Positions 13,317 through 26,200 are shown, counted from the whole stretch's first letter. The stretch: DNA of 62,876 nt, filler included, from Sluysia triapertura (GCA_046118255.1; 5 parts of 5 records of this genome joined end to end with filler, not necessarily neighbours in it); one strand, 5' to 3'. Notes: a model not told the origin generated them from the letters alone. A program made the numbers and translations.

Positions 13317-13737
13317 AAATAGTTACTGGTGAATTTAACTATTTAACAATTCACAATTTTTGAATACTCATAATAGGTGAAAGTTAACTGCTGAAATTTG
13401 ACAAAGGAAAAACATTATTGAAAGTTATTTTGAAATTTATTAGTAAGCTATGGACATTTATTTTACATGATTATAATTATAAATTAGTTAAGAACTTAAA
13501 AATAATAAATTATAGTTTCATTTATATTCGATTCACTAAGTGAATCATAAAATACCACTTAAAATCCAATATTTTTAGCGAACGATTCAATGAGGTTTAA
13601 ATTTCAATTTTAAAATCTGGAAAATTTAAATTAAATTAAAATTTGTGATAAAACTATCACATACATTTTTTTCTTTTTCCATATATCTATATCGCTTATC
13701 CTCTGTAAATTTTTGTTTTTGATTAAAATATTAATTA

Positions 13738-16700
13738 CACTAGAACTCACAAAACTGGAACTAAATAAAATCTTTATTCATCTATTGCGTTGTCTTCTCT
13801 TTTCAACGCACATGCTTGCATAAGGATTATTCTCTATGATTATAAGCACAGTCTTTATTGACTTCTCTACATCATCCAATGGTATCTGTTCGCAATTTTC
13901 GTTTTGAACAAGTATACTCTGATCAATAGTTTCTGTTTCAATTATTTCATCATAATTTATCTATGCTTCAGCATCATTTGCATCAAGCGGATTCATAAAT
14001 GAGCTATTTTTTGTGAGCTGGCTAATGTTAATGATTTGCAGAGCTACTGAGTTAACTTCAAACTTTTCGGTTTATTATTGTACTTAACTTCACATCTACA
14101 CCCCACAATCACAAACGCATTTCATCACAAATCGACACTTCATACATAAATAAAATGCTAAACAAGTTACTCGATTCATTTAATATGTAAACACAGTCAT
14201 AATTTACAATTACCACAGATTTATAGTTATTGTTATCATAATCACTTTCACAATAATAGTTTTTATAATACTTTTCACATAATAATAATTTTTACAATAA
14301 TAATAACTTTAACATAATAATAATTCCGTATTGTTATAATTTTCTAATTATTGTTATTATAACTATTGTTCTCTTACTGCTGGTACGCATGTATGTTTAT
14401 TTTTATGCACGTTTTTATTCTACCTTATAATCCATTATAACATAATTCATTAAACAATACAAACATTTATCTAATATGCATTGTTACAATTATCTCAATT
14501 TTTGTGTAAATGCGTTCATCTTATGTATATATTTTTGCTGTTTCTTATATTTTAATAATACTACTTCCACCTTTGCAATTTTTACAATTTTTTATTTCGT
14601 CGGTTTCTTTTCATTTGTTATTTCTGGCAATTCACTATTGTTATTTGCATTTTGTCTCTATTGTCATTGTTCTTATTTTCTATTATATATATTTTGACCT
14701 ATTTTGAACGGAAGGAAAACTACATAATTTAATAAGTTCAACAAATAGTATATTTTTCGTTCCTTTCATTGTAACTACCTACCTGTATTTGACAAGACTT
14801 TTCATTGCTTTCTTAATGATGACATTCACGTTAATAAAAGCAAATATACCTCTAGAAGAGTGCCGTTGGAATTTGATGAAAGTATAATGAGCTATTTTAG
14901 AAAGGAAATGCAATATGAAATTGTATCTGAAGCTCTATTATAAATAAATAAACTTGTATTCGTTTTATTGTGATTGTTATAGTTATAAAGCATTTTGACG
15001 ATTTACCTGACACACTGAAAGAACTTTATTATTTGTATTATTGATTATTTTAATATTATAATTATTATATTTATGATTATAATTAATATTATTGTTTATA
15101 ATTAATATTATTTTTGTCAAAAAAATAATTTTTTTAATAATTACCTATTTATTATAAAAATTGTTTTTATTATTAATATTTTTATGCTGATTATTATTTT
15201 ATTACACCTATTAATTAAAAATTGTTAATTTGAAAAAATTAATATTAATTAAAATATAAGGTAAAATAAATCAATGTATCTAAATGTTATTATGCTTCTA
15301 TTAACAATTCTAATAATGTTTACTAATAATGTTTATTAAAGTTTATTATGATAGTCGTGAAATTACTTTCGATTATTATCATGCTTATATCACTTATGGT
15401 TCTTCAGATTGTGTAGATGCTTGTAAATATTTGAGATGTCGAGTATATTTTGTGCATGTCTTATTTGTGTGAATAAGCAACACGAAGTAATTATTTTATT
15501 TGTGACAATTACTTTTATTATGCAACTAACAATATCAAAAGATCTTATACTCATGGTTTAATTTTAATATTTGTATTATTTATTAATTTTTTGTTATTAA
15601 ATATAAATTTTTGATTAAATTAGTTAATTTGTTCATGCTAATATCTTTTATCACTGTTATTATTAAAAAAATTAAAAATAAAAATACTTGAAATTTTAGT
15701 GTTTCTGTTTGTTAATTTAAAAGTTTTAAATTTTGCTACTAAATCAAAAAGATTGGAATTTATTAAATTGACTAAGCCTTCCAAAATTACTATTTTCTGA
15801 AACAGAGTGACATGAATACAATTTATTCCATGCGTGTTTTAATGTGCTAACTTGTACGGAGTTCCATGCGCTTGCTAGACAATAAATTGCATCTTTAATG
15901 GTTAACATGCGTTGAAATTCTCTTGGGCCAATACCACTATTCATCATCCTTAACATGAAATTTTCTTTGTAAAAAGATTTCATAATCCAATTAATTCCTT
16001 GATCCATTAGTTGTATCAAACTGGTCACGCTTGGTGGTAGATAACAGGCCAAAATATTTTCACAAGATAACAGCAATTTGGATTCATGAGGATATGCTTT
16101 ACAGTTATCTAAGAGGAACAGTTGCTCTTTCCTAATGTTTCAAATCGTTTCTGTACAGCTACAACAAATTTGTTAAAAAAACCCATCTGTAAATAAATCC
16201 ATTCATTCTTCGATGACTTGTAAGAGACTGGTAAATGAGATAATCCTCGCAATGATCGGGGACATTTAGATTTTCCAATAACAAGAAGTTCTAGTTTGTG
16301 TTCCTGACGCATTAGTGCATATCAATACTGTTATCCTCTCTTTATTTAATTGGAATCCTTTTGCTTTTACTGCGTCTGATCCTGCTAAAGTTTTCTAAAG
16401 TAAACACTTCGAACAAAATCCAGTTTCATCGGTATTGTAGATTTCTTCTGATACCATGTCTGCTCTTAAAATTTCGCAGCCATCCTTGGCTACATTTATC
16501 AGTATTTCAATTTTCATTTCCTTCTGGATAATATTGGCTTGTGAAATTAACATTGGGGCTGATATTGTTAGCCCCTCTTGTCGCTTTGACACGAACCATT
16601 TATACAATCTCTCATCAAGTTTAGTCCTTTTCAAGTTGCGAATAGTTTTACTTTCACACCCTTTCATTTTATTTGACAACGATGATGTAGCTTGCAATAT

Positions 16701-17054
16701 CTTATGTTTCTGTTTTATTAAGTTGAAAAAAGTAGTTAGGCCAATCTTGTATTCATCTAATATGAAATTGCTTTCGTTTGATTTCGATGCCATTATATGG
16801 GTATGCAAAGTATTAAGTTAGATACTAAAATACTCTGTCAAACAAAATCTGTAAAGAAAAAGAAATAAGCACAATAATGAATAAAAAATGGTGGTCAATA
16901 ATATTTAAACAAAACACAATTATCAGTCCTACTAAAATTGTAGTAAAAATATAAGCTACAACTATGTTCCAATTTAATGAAGTTGTTCTCGTTTCAGGAT
17001 CTCCAGTTTCAAAAGTCCCAGTTTGATAATGTTCCAGTTTTGGGAGTTCTAGTG
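13738..17054 (-). mobile_element. pogo/Tigger DNA transposon, decayed and interrupted by a 1.7-kb insertion
   Basis: 24-bp TIRs CACTAGAACTC(A/C)CAAAACTGGAAC at 13738-13761 and 17031-17054, each flanked by TA. CENP-B HTH (KLDERLYKWFVSKRQEGLTISAPML), IYNTDETG, HKLELLVIGKSKCPR and DDE_1 PPSVTSLIQLMDQGI motifs. The C-terminal remnant lies at about 13780-14070. Confidence 0.92.
14088..15758 (+). mobile_element. R2-leader element inserted into the Tigger transposase
   Basis: 14088-14290 aligns with the reverse complement of 55120-55295 (aatcacaaac.catttcatcacaaat...ctaaacaa.ttactcga.tcatt). Tigger coding sequence resumes on both sides. Confidence 0.65.
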
Positions 17055-17386
17055 TATTTGATTTGTCTACTTAATTTCATTTATTAAATTGATTTGCATT
17101 TAAATTTATTAAAGAGAAATTGTAGATTACATAAAAATATTAACTACAGAGACCCTACGTTAAGATTAAAATATTTCAAAATTTCAAAAGTCGCAGACAC
17201 GCTTACTGAACACTACTATAAGTCATAACTCGAATCCGTAAAACAATCATTACATTTGTGGGTTTTTACTTTTCTGTAATAAAGCCCAGTAATAGCTATG
17301 GTAATACTTATACTAATAATAATAATAATAATAATAATTATTATTATTATTATTATTATTATTATCATTAGAAGAGTAATAATAAC

Positions 17387-17650
17387 TTGAAGGCTACTGT
17401 ATTGTTCAACAATATTTAACTTTTCTTCTTCAGCTTCTTGCAATTTTTTACGCAATTTTTCTTCATTTTTTCTTGTTTTTTCTAATTCTTTTGCCGACTG
17501 TTCTAATAATCTTTCTTGATCTGCAGCTTTTTCTAACAAATTTTCTCCACCTACAATTATTTTTCTTTGCAAATCCATCATTCTTCTGCGAAGATTTTGA
17601 TGCTCTTGTTGGGCCTTGAATACTTTATCTTCTTTTTCTTGTAAGGCCTT
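17387..17650 (-). CDS. KIF3A: Kinesin-II motor subunit (KIF3A-like) coiled-coil stalk exon
   Basis: ttattatttcag|KALQEKEDKVFKAQQEHQNLRRRMMDLQRKIIVGGENLLEKAADQERLLEQS...LNIVEQYSSLQ|gt. 264 nt, uninterrupted. Matches KIF3A KAQQEHQ...KVIVGG.DLL.KA..QE.LLE.S...EKY.SLQ. Confidence 0.88.
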
Positions 17651-19654
17651 CTGAAATAATAAAGACAATCAAATAATTATTAAAAAATAAAATCAATTTA
17701 AAAAATGCATAATTAAGTCTATATAAGTTTTGGTTATAGAATATCTTAGAATCGCTATAATTAACAAATTTTATGAAACAGTTTTCCAGCATTTTTAATT
17801 AGTAATTTTACTAAAACTAAATAAAATATTTTAAAGAAAATAACAACTTTATAACTTTATCAGAAACGCGTTAAAACTCTTAAAAACTCGAGAAATGTCT
17901 TCATAAACACTAAAAAGCAAACAAATTAAAAATATGAAATTAGTGTAGAGTTTATAAAACAATGTAAAATTATAAATTATAAAAAATTAGTTAAGGTTCA
18001 TTTCAAAATGATTTAATAATTATAAATCATTAGAAAAAATAAATTATTTTGAAATAAAATTATTGTAGAGATAATAAACTGTTTTCAAGTGAAATTATTT
18101 TAGAAAAATATTATTATTTTTTATAAATAGAAAAAATTAAAAAACAGCTGCAACAACTGTGTACAACATTTAATATTCTAATTTCAGTTAAGTTAAGGTG
18201 CACCTGCAACGGCTAATTTTAAGAATACTATGAGTAAGGATTTTTAGCATTAATAAACACAGAATAATAATTAACAATTCAGTAATAATAATTAGTTATT
18301 TAAGTGCTTCTTATGTCATATTAAGGTTATTAGTTCAATCAGTTCCAGTTGAAAAAGTTATAAAATTAATTTAATCGAATCCTCAAATCGACAATCTTCG
18401 ACAAGAATACCAATTAATCCGGTTTTATCATAGATTGATTTTGTAAGTTGTTTGTTGTAAGTTCGCTCCTCTACAGGAGTCAATATATTACTTGGACTTT
18501 TGATAATTGAGGTTAACTAGGCTTATCATAAAATGTATTCCAAAATATAATTGATTAATAAGTTCCTATTGGAATAAACTATTATCATTACAATTTGTAA
18601 AAAGTTGTTATCGTCGTGATTTTGTTATTAAACTTTGTAATACATATATTTGTACTCTTATTATCTCTTTGATTGACATAGTAAGAATTTAGAGATTAAT
18701 AATACCCTCAAAGAATTTCAGCAGTAGTATTAAGAATAAGAAAAGATAAATTTTACAATAGCATTAAGGTAAGAAAGAATTAAAAGTAAAGGAAAATTGC
18801 GTATAGGGACATATTTCTACAGATACGTCGCTAGACATTAGTGTAAATCGTAGACCCTTAATATTATTTTACAACATTTCCATACATAAAAAATCTTGCA
18901 TTAACATGCAAACATGAATAGTGAGGCAGAAATTCTTTTTAATTAATTAGCACTCACATATATTTAAAGAATAAACTTAAGAGTCAATAAATCATAGAAA
19001 TCCCCGTAAAAATGAATACTAACAAACGCAAACAAATATTAGGAAAGTGGACATAAATGAATAAAGTACGCAGAGAAAATACATAGCCATAACGATAATA
19101 TGAATTCTAATTAACCTATATGTAAAGAAAAGTGGCAGTAGAACCACAGCATTAGATCTAATACATGTAAATTATTATAGAACTAAATTGGTTAGGTAGT
19201 AGATTATGGAATTAAAGGTAAGCTGATTATAGTGAAAATGCTACATGATGGAAATTGATTAATAATTTGTTATATAATTTTGCAGAAATATCATAAAATG
19301 TTGGAACAATATTTAAATCATTTTAATTATTGTAACAGTTTTAATTCATTTTAGTTACAGTATACATTACTCATTGTAAAGTTAATTGTTGGATAGATTA
19401 TTAATTCATTTTGAAATAAGTGCAGCAATTAAAATGAATTTTCTCGGGCTTAAGCCCTTGTAGTTTTATTTATTTAAATAAATTGTGCTTCAAATAATTA
19501 AAAGAAATTTTGTAACAGCAAAAAAATTTTATTTATTAAATATTACAGTGAAAAAATAAAAATAAATTAATAGTCCCTAGATGTGTGATACTTTTCGAAG
19601 CAATCAGAAATATGTAATGCAAGATATTAAGAACACATAACTTAAGGCAAATAT

Positions 19655-19697
19655 AAGTTACACGAGTCAGACTCGTGATTATTGCACAAGGGGTTAA
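19655..19697. mobile_element. piggyBac-like terminus
   Basis: Ends ...gcacaagggg|TTAA with the subterminal palindrome cacgagtcagactcgtg (19661-19677). Confidence 0.4.
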
Positions 19698-20629
19698 TTT
19701 GACTTTTTATTAAGTAATTTTTATTATAAATGATCTTTTTTTATTTATATAAATCAAACATCAGTTACGTTTTATGTTGAATCTAGATTAGTAAGATAAT
19801 AAAATTTGAACTCACATTTTAATCTCTGTCAAACAAAAAATGAGTTAAAAGTATTCACAATAACAAGTAAAGTTTAAAATTTAATTAAACTAAGCGTTTT
19901 CAGTGTAACCATTTCATATATTTTTCCAAAAGAAGCAGTGCTGTAAAATAAAATAAAATGAGAAAAAATTAAACTTATTCTTACAAATTCATCAAAACAT
20001 ATGAATGATTTGAATAATAATTATTATTATAACGCAATAATAATTATTATAATAACATAATAATCATTATAATTCACAATCTGTTTCTGATGATAAAATT
20101 AAAATAATATTCTAAATAAATATTTTATTCAAGCAATTCTAAATAAATCGAGTTGAATGAGTTTACTGATAAAGTAATTACTACACTTTATGAAATTAAT
20201 AGTTGCTGATTTATTTGTTAGTATTAATGATAAGTATAGAAAAATATTATTTATCTCGGAAAATGTGATTTTCAAATGAAGCTCATATACATTTAAATGA
20301 ATACATTTGTGGTATCCCAGACACACTCATAAACTTACATAAAACTCATTCACAAACTAATTCTATTAATATCGAGATTGTCCTTACTTACATTGTCTCC
20401 ATCATCCTCATCAGCACTATTCCGAAGGTTTAAACTCTTCGCGTTATATTTTTTACCATTTTTCTTTTCGTGGCAACTACTCATTTTATGATTTTATAAT
20501 TTTTCTTTTATATTTTTATTTTTTTGTTCAAATATTCAAAAATTAATAAAGCCATGTAAAAATGATTTTAACGATCTTTTAAAATTAAAGTCTTCTTGAG
20601 AATGAAGTCAAGATGTATCAAATTTATGT

Positions 20630-21468
20630 GATAGAAATAAATTTTCAAATGTTTACAAAAGGTATCACATATTAATATGACTTTAATTCATGCAAGCGTG
20701 TCATTTGGAAATTTAAGACTCAAATATTGAATATCGATAATGTACTAATTTTTCTTGAAATTTGCTGCAAAAGAAGGTGCATAATTTAAAAACCTGTAAG
20801 AAATCTAATAATGTCGACGATATTATTTGTTTACCCAAAACTATACACAAAATTGATTCTGATCAGTGTCGAAACCGTGTTAGTGAATTTGTTTCAGGAG
20901 TATTTTCAGATATATTTGTAATAAGTCGTTTTCTGGAGCATTGCAATATTGACATAACTGCTAAATACAGATGATGCAAATAATTTTTCTTGGCCAAACT
21001 TACAATTACGTACTGTTACTCAAATTCATACAATAAATTGTTTAGTTGAAAATATTGATAAAGGAAATAAAGTATGTCGTTCAGAAATTCTTCGATTGGC
21101 AGAAATACAAGCTTATGATTACCATATGAATACCGAGGTGTCTTATCATTGTAAAATTATACCATCATGAAATGGTTTGGTATACGAAAGCTTGTTAAAA
21201 CACCAGTTTCACAAAAGTATGAGTAATTCAGGTTTATCAGCTTTAGTTGTAAAACAAAGAAGTAAACTAAATGATTCTAAAACCAGAATAAGTTTATTAG
21301 AAAAATGTTGAATAGACATTGTAAAATATGAGCGTATAATTAGATATAAGGATAATATTATAGATATGAAAACTATTTTAAAATGCTTATGACAAGTTAG
21401 AAATAATTTAACCAAGTTGTGTCTGGCAGAAGTTGAAGAAGTAGGAAGAACAGATATTTCTGAAGATG
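20630..21468 (+). pseudogene. Decayed coding sequence of unknown family
   Basis: ICLPKTIHKIDSDQCRNRVSEFVSGVF...; SWPNLQLRTVTQIHTINCLVENIDKGNKVCRSEILRLAEIQAYDYH; ...NNLTKLCLAEVEEVGRTDISED. Stops and frameshifts; cut off by leader B. Confidence 0.45.
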
Positions 21469-22310
21469 TGTGGTGGCCAACTACTAATCTTAAAAAATAA
21501 ATTTCACAAAAATTCTAACACACTAAAATCTCATAACAAAGAATACCATCTATTTACATAAGCAATTCATTAAATATTTATTCGACATCTCATAACATCT
21601 AAATCACAATAACATCTTAAACCATTAAATCACATTAGAAATACATCTAAAATATTGTCTTTTATTCCAAAATAACCCAATCACTATCACATTCGAAAGT
21701 AATCTACAAACGTCTTCAACGCTATCCAAACATCCTAAATTCACGATCTTGTACCATTAATTACAACAGTTTAACATTACTCTCTTACAAAACACCAAAA
21801 CACATTCATCTCTCATTTCAATGTTTACACTTCCGAAATATTTAAGTTGTAATCATTTACACTTTAAAAACATTTTAGAAAGAAACATTATACTATTTTG
21901 AACAATAAAACCTATCCTAACGTTCACAAGTCATCAATTACATTTAATTTTCTTTAATTATTTCAAATATATCGAGAAAACTAAGATTCAAAAAGAAAGA
22001 TCATGTTAATTTCAAAGATGAAAGACAATAAAGAATTTATGCAGTAATAACAATAATAATAATAATAACATTATTGTTATTATTATTATCATTTTTATTT
22101 TTATTATTATATTTTTAATTAATCATTAAATCCATTAATTTTGTAACTACCACTACCAGTGGAAACTCTTTTGACATTCATTGACAGTTAATATCGATCA
22201 ATTGCCTCTCTTTACTTTCTGTTAATTTATATTGGTCATCCAACCAAAACTTCAAGCACACCTATTATTATGAATACACTGTTGGTTGGATGACCAATCA
22301 GCAATTGCAA
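21469..22310 (+). repeat. C/A-rich leader repeat, subfamily R1, copy B, with hairpin/CCAAT module
   Basis: Starts tgtggtggccaact; gaaagatcatgt (21995); aagaatttatgc (22031); actaccactaccagtg; tgacagttaa; perfect 17-bp inverted repeat 22231-22247/22282-22298. Confidence 0.75.
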
Positions 22311-22439
22311 ATAAATTAAATATCAATTACTTTAAATGCATTGTAAGATAGAATAACGCAACACAATTGTAACCGCTAATTTAGATATTCTTTTTAAAAT
22401 AATTAGTAAATAAAAGATTTTTATGTAACTAAAAAAATG

Positions 22440-24600
22440 AATTTTAAAAATAGAGCACTGTAATGAATCAATTAATATTTTTAAAACGTATATATAGATA
22501 AGTTCATTGCGATTCTTTACATCCTGCAATTCTCACAGAATCGCTCAAAAAGTTTTTTTAGTAGATGTGAAATTTATAACGAAGTTGATGTTTTTCAAAT
22601 ATTTCACTATTTTTTGAATCATCCTACAAAAACCATGGAATTACTATCTGAAAAGGATGTAAATGATTTTGTAAATAGTTTAGGTAGTAGCGAACCTAAA
22701 TAAATAAACGTATTTCATTTATTAAATGTTATTATTCGTGAAATAACACCTTTAGAAAGGATTCGATATGTTTTAAATCCTTCAGTTACGACAATTCAAT
22801 CCAAATCATATGAAGTATAATTTAACGTTTCTAATGAATTTTTAAATATTCGAAAATATCTTTATATGTGTTTAGAAAAATATGTTCGTAAGAAGATAAA
22901 AAAATTACATATGAAATTTAACCAAAGTTATTCGCATTCTGAGTGGATGTGTTATATAAAGAATTTTAGTGATTGAGATTCATTCTTGTTATATACTATT
23001 AATTATTATGATCAAAGTCGAATAGGAGACTTTACAGTATACGTAAACGTCGTATTAACAGTACGAGTATTCCCGGAATTATTACCGGAATCTGATCAAA
23101 ATTATTCTATATTCTCAATCGCTGATCTTAACATTAATAAAGTTGCCGATTCATTATCTAAATGTCTTTGAGCTGCTTTGATCTTTTATTACACATGAGT
23201 TAGCTTTACAAACTTAACTACTCTTTTAAATACGCTAACCATTAACAATAACATAGTTGACTTGAATCTGAGGAAGAACTCAACTTATATGTTCAATGTC
23301 CTCAATATTGATGATGAGAAATCTATCATAATTGATGATAATGAATATAGTTTGTCATAAAGTGCACAGAGTCCAACTCTAATTCCTTTGAGCGCTATGG
23401 CACTACTAGACAAGATATTTTTGAATTCAAGTCTGATGTCAATACAAAACATTACCAATCAGTGTCAAAAGATTATGATGTAACAAAGAGTGAAAAGTAT
23501 AACAAAGAGCTTCCTTGCAATTTTTACCATAAATCACGTGAAAGTATTACGCAATCGGAGAACAATTCTACTATTCAAATGAATCTACATTATGATACTA
23601 TCAAAAGTATGCAAAATTCAAATCTATTTATTGGTTTATTCATATGTCCTTATGGAAGTGATTAAACAGTACATGCTTGAGATATCCAAACAGTTGTATG
23701 CATGCCGACACTATCGGTCAATTGGAGAATCTACATTTTCAAGAAGATAACTTGAACCATCGTTTCCGACTCACAAGTTTATTACAATCTGTCAACGCAC
23801 GTGATCATTCGAATATTGCCAACCTTGGTGACTTTATAAATGTAAATTTTATTTATTTTTATCTTAGTAACAACTTAACTATTAGTTTTATTTTAGAAAG
23901 GGAAATAAGGACAATGGACTATAAAGAAGACACTATAAATTCAAGGAACAATTTAGAAATAAAAATTTTTATATCAAATACAATCTTTTGTGTGTTCAGT
24001 TTCAATATGTTCGCTATAATATTCTTTAATCTAAATTCATATTTCTACGTAAAAATAAAATTTTTTAAAAGTACAAATAAAAACATCATCGTGAATGTGG
24101 TGGTAAATACGATATTAAATTTAAATATTATAAATAACTTACAATCACAAGATGTAATATTGTCCAATACAATATTGCTTTCAAACTGTCAGTTGGAAAT
24201 TACTGTTTATTATTCAAATAGTATTCATTCAAGTCAAATACTGTTATTTTTGTTAAAGCGTGGCATGCATGAAAAATTAATGTTTGGAACATATACTGAG
24301 CCACACAATTTTGAAAGTTTAAGTTATTCAACAACCGATTTTTTGGAAACAATTTTAGAAGCAAGTGCTCAAAAAAATTTCAAATTATCAGCTTATATAG
24401 ATGTATTCATTCATGTAAGTAAATTTTATATATTTTATCAAAAAGCCATTTTTATTTATTGATGGCTTGTGTATGATTTTCATTTTAAAATTAGTAAGCT
24501 CATCCCAAATGACGTTAATGAAAACGCATATGAGTTTGAAAAGTAATAGTTCTGATTTTGAACTTAAAGTGAATGAACTTGAAATTAAAAAATATACATT
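22440..24600 (+). pseudogene. Orphan gene family member B (multiple stops, intron-like segments)
   Basis: Long codon-like tract including ORFs 22986.., 23462.. and 23677... Intron-like gtaaat...ttttag at 23842-23896. Motif similarity to 9268-10560. Confidence 0.6.
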
Positions 24601-25032
24601 ATTTATATACATAATTAATCCTTTTATTACAGTATCTGTGTCTACTTAAGCTGAAACATTTTTAAACAATTTAATTTTTATTTCGATGTTTGGGTCAATA
24701 AATGTTACCGATTTTTCTCTTTTATTTTCGTTATGATTTTATGTTTAAATTAATCCTAGGCCTTAAGCTGAATTTTGATTTTAGCATTTTTTAAATTTTT
24801 CTTATAGATTTGGACCTTAAGTCCCATCTTAACTTTAGATTAATTATAATAATTTAGATTAATAATAATAATTTAAGTGGCAATATAATCAAACTGGACC
24901 TTAAGTCCTTACTGAATAAGTTTTTAAAAACAAAGAGTTCAGTTTCTAACTTGACAATAATTCATAAACTTGCATCAAACTCACCTACAAATATTTCATA
25001 CACATCATAACCTCACCACTTTTCATACAGAA

Positions 25033-25132
25033 NNNNNNNNNNNNNNNNNNNNNNNNNNNNNNNNNNNNNNNNNNNNTTAATTAATTAANNNNNNNNNNNN
25101 NNNNNNNNNNNNNNNNNNNNNNNNNNNNNNNN
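25033..25132. other. Assembly gap with artificial linker
   Basis: N44-TTAATTAATTAA-N44. Confidence 0.97.
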
Positions 25133-25144
25133 TTTAGAAATGTT

Positions 25145-25199
25145 TAAAATGCTTTTGAGTATTACTTTGCAGTAGACATAAGCGTAATATAAATTAATA

Positions 25200-25233
<34 letters not shown>

Positions 25234-25235
25234 TT
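25145..25235 (+). mobile_element. L2/CR1-like LINE 3' tail with (ATT)n
   Basis: gcttttgagtattactttgcagtagacataagcgtaatataaatt(att)n, near-identical to 51538-51586. Confidence 0.65.
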
Positions 25236-25929
25236 AAATTTATATTATAGTAAAGTTATTGAAATAATATCTTATATTGGAGTAGATTTAAAAATGTTAG
25301 GACTAAATTAATATTAGAATAAATATGAGAAATTATTGAATACTGAAATCACTGAAATGATTATTGAAATTTATTACAAAACTACTACTATATAAGGACT
25401 AATAAATCAGAAAACAACTTATAACAATTATTGTCAGGTTCATATTGATATTATTAAAGACTATTGTCAGGCTAAATTATGTTGTATTTAATTGTGACGA
25501 TAACATAGAAAATATAATATTCAACCATTAACTTATGGAGTAAATAAATATGAATTTTAATATTATTTAAAAATAACCAAACTAAAATTACGTGCAATAT
25601 TTTATTTTGTAGTTATAATATTATAATCTTGGTGTTAGAGCATTCATATTGTAATAAATAACCTTCGTGTCTTTAATTTCTGAATTCTTTCATTTGGAGG
25701 AAGAAAGTTTGAACTTTAAATATATAAAATTAATATAGCACTTCCATCTCTTACATCATGATAGAGTAAAGACTTTAAACTTTCAAAATAAATTATCATT
25801 TTTAATTAAAACTAAGTAACACATAATCTAAAAATAATTTTACGTAGTGGGATTAATAATAAACAGACAGTAACAACCCAAACACAAAATAAATTTTAAG
25901 AAAAAGAGTTAAATTAAATAATCTAACAA

Positions 25930-26200
25930 TAATAAAAAATTAATTTCTATTGCGCTTGTATCTACTATAAATACGAAAGAGCGCTTAATATAAATCATTC
26001 ATATTTCTGAAATAAAAAGAACTTCCTTTTTTCTTAAATATTTCATAATCTTCCAGTAATTTAAAATTTCCTGGTACTAGCTTACATATTTTTGCACAAA
26101 CGATGTTATTATCACTATGGATTATGTATAAATTAGTTAGATAGGGTATATAAAAATATTTAATCGGGATGTGTTCTTGAATCATAAAGACATACAGATG
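25930..26200 (-). mobile_element. L2/CR1-like LINE 3' fragment
   Basis: PYLTNLY...KLVPGNFKLLEDYEIFKK. Homologous to 31380-31700, including the 3' UTR aagcgc...agcgcaata. Confidence 0.7.

Noticed and set aside
16456-16821. 121-aa plus-strand ORF
   Set aside because: Antisense shadow of the Tigger transposase.
21469-22160. Leader as a canonical LTR (TG start, ...ACCA then GTGG as a primer-binding site)
   Set aside because: No second LTR copy flanks the cargo, there is no convincing tRNA-complementary PBS or polypurine tract, and the end motif is absent in copy C. Left unresolved rather than called.
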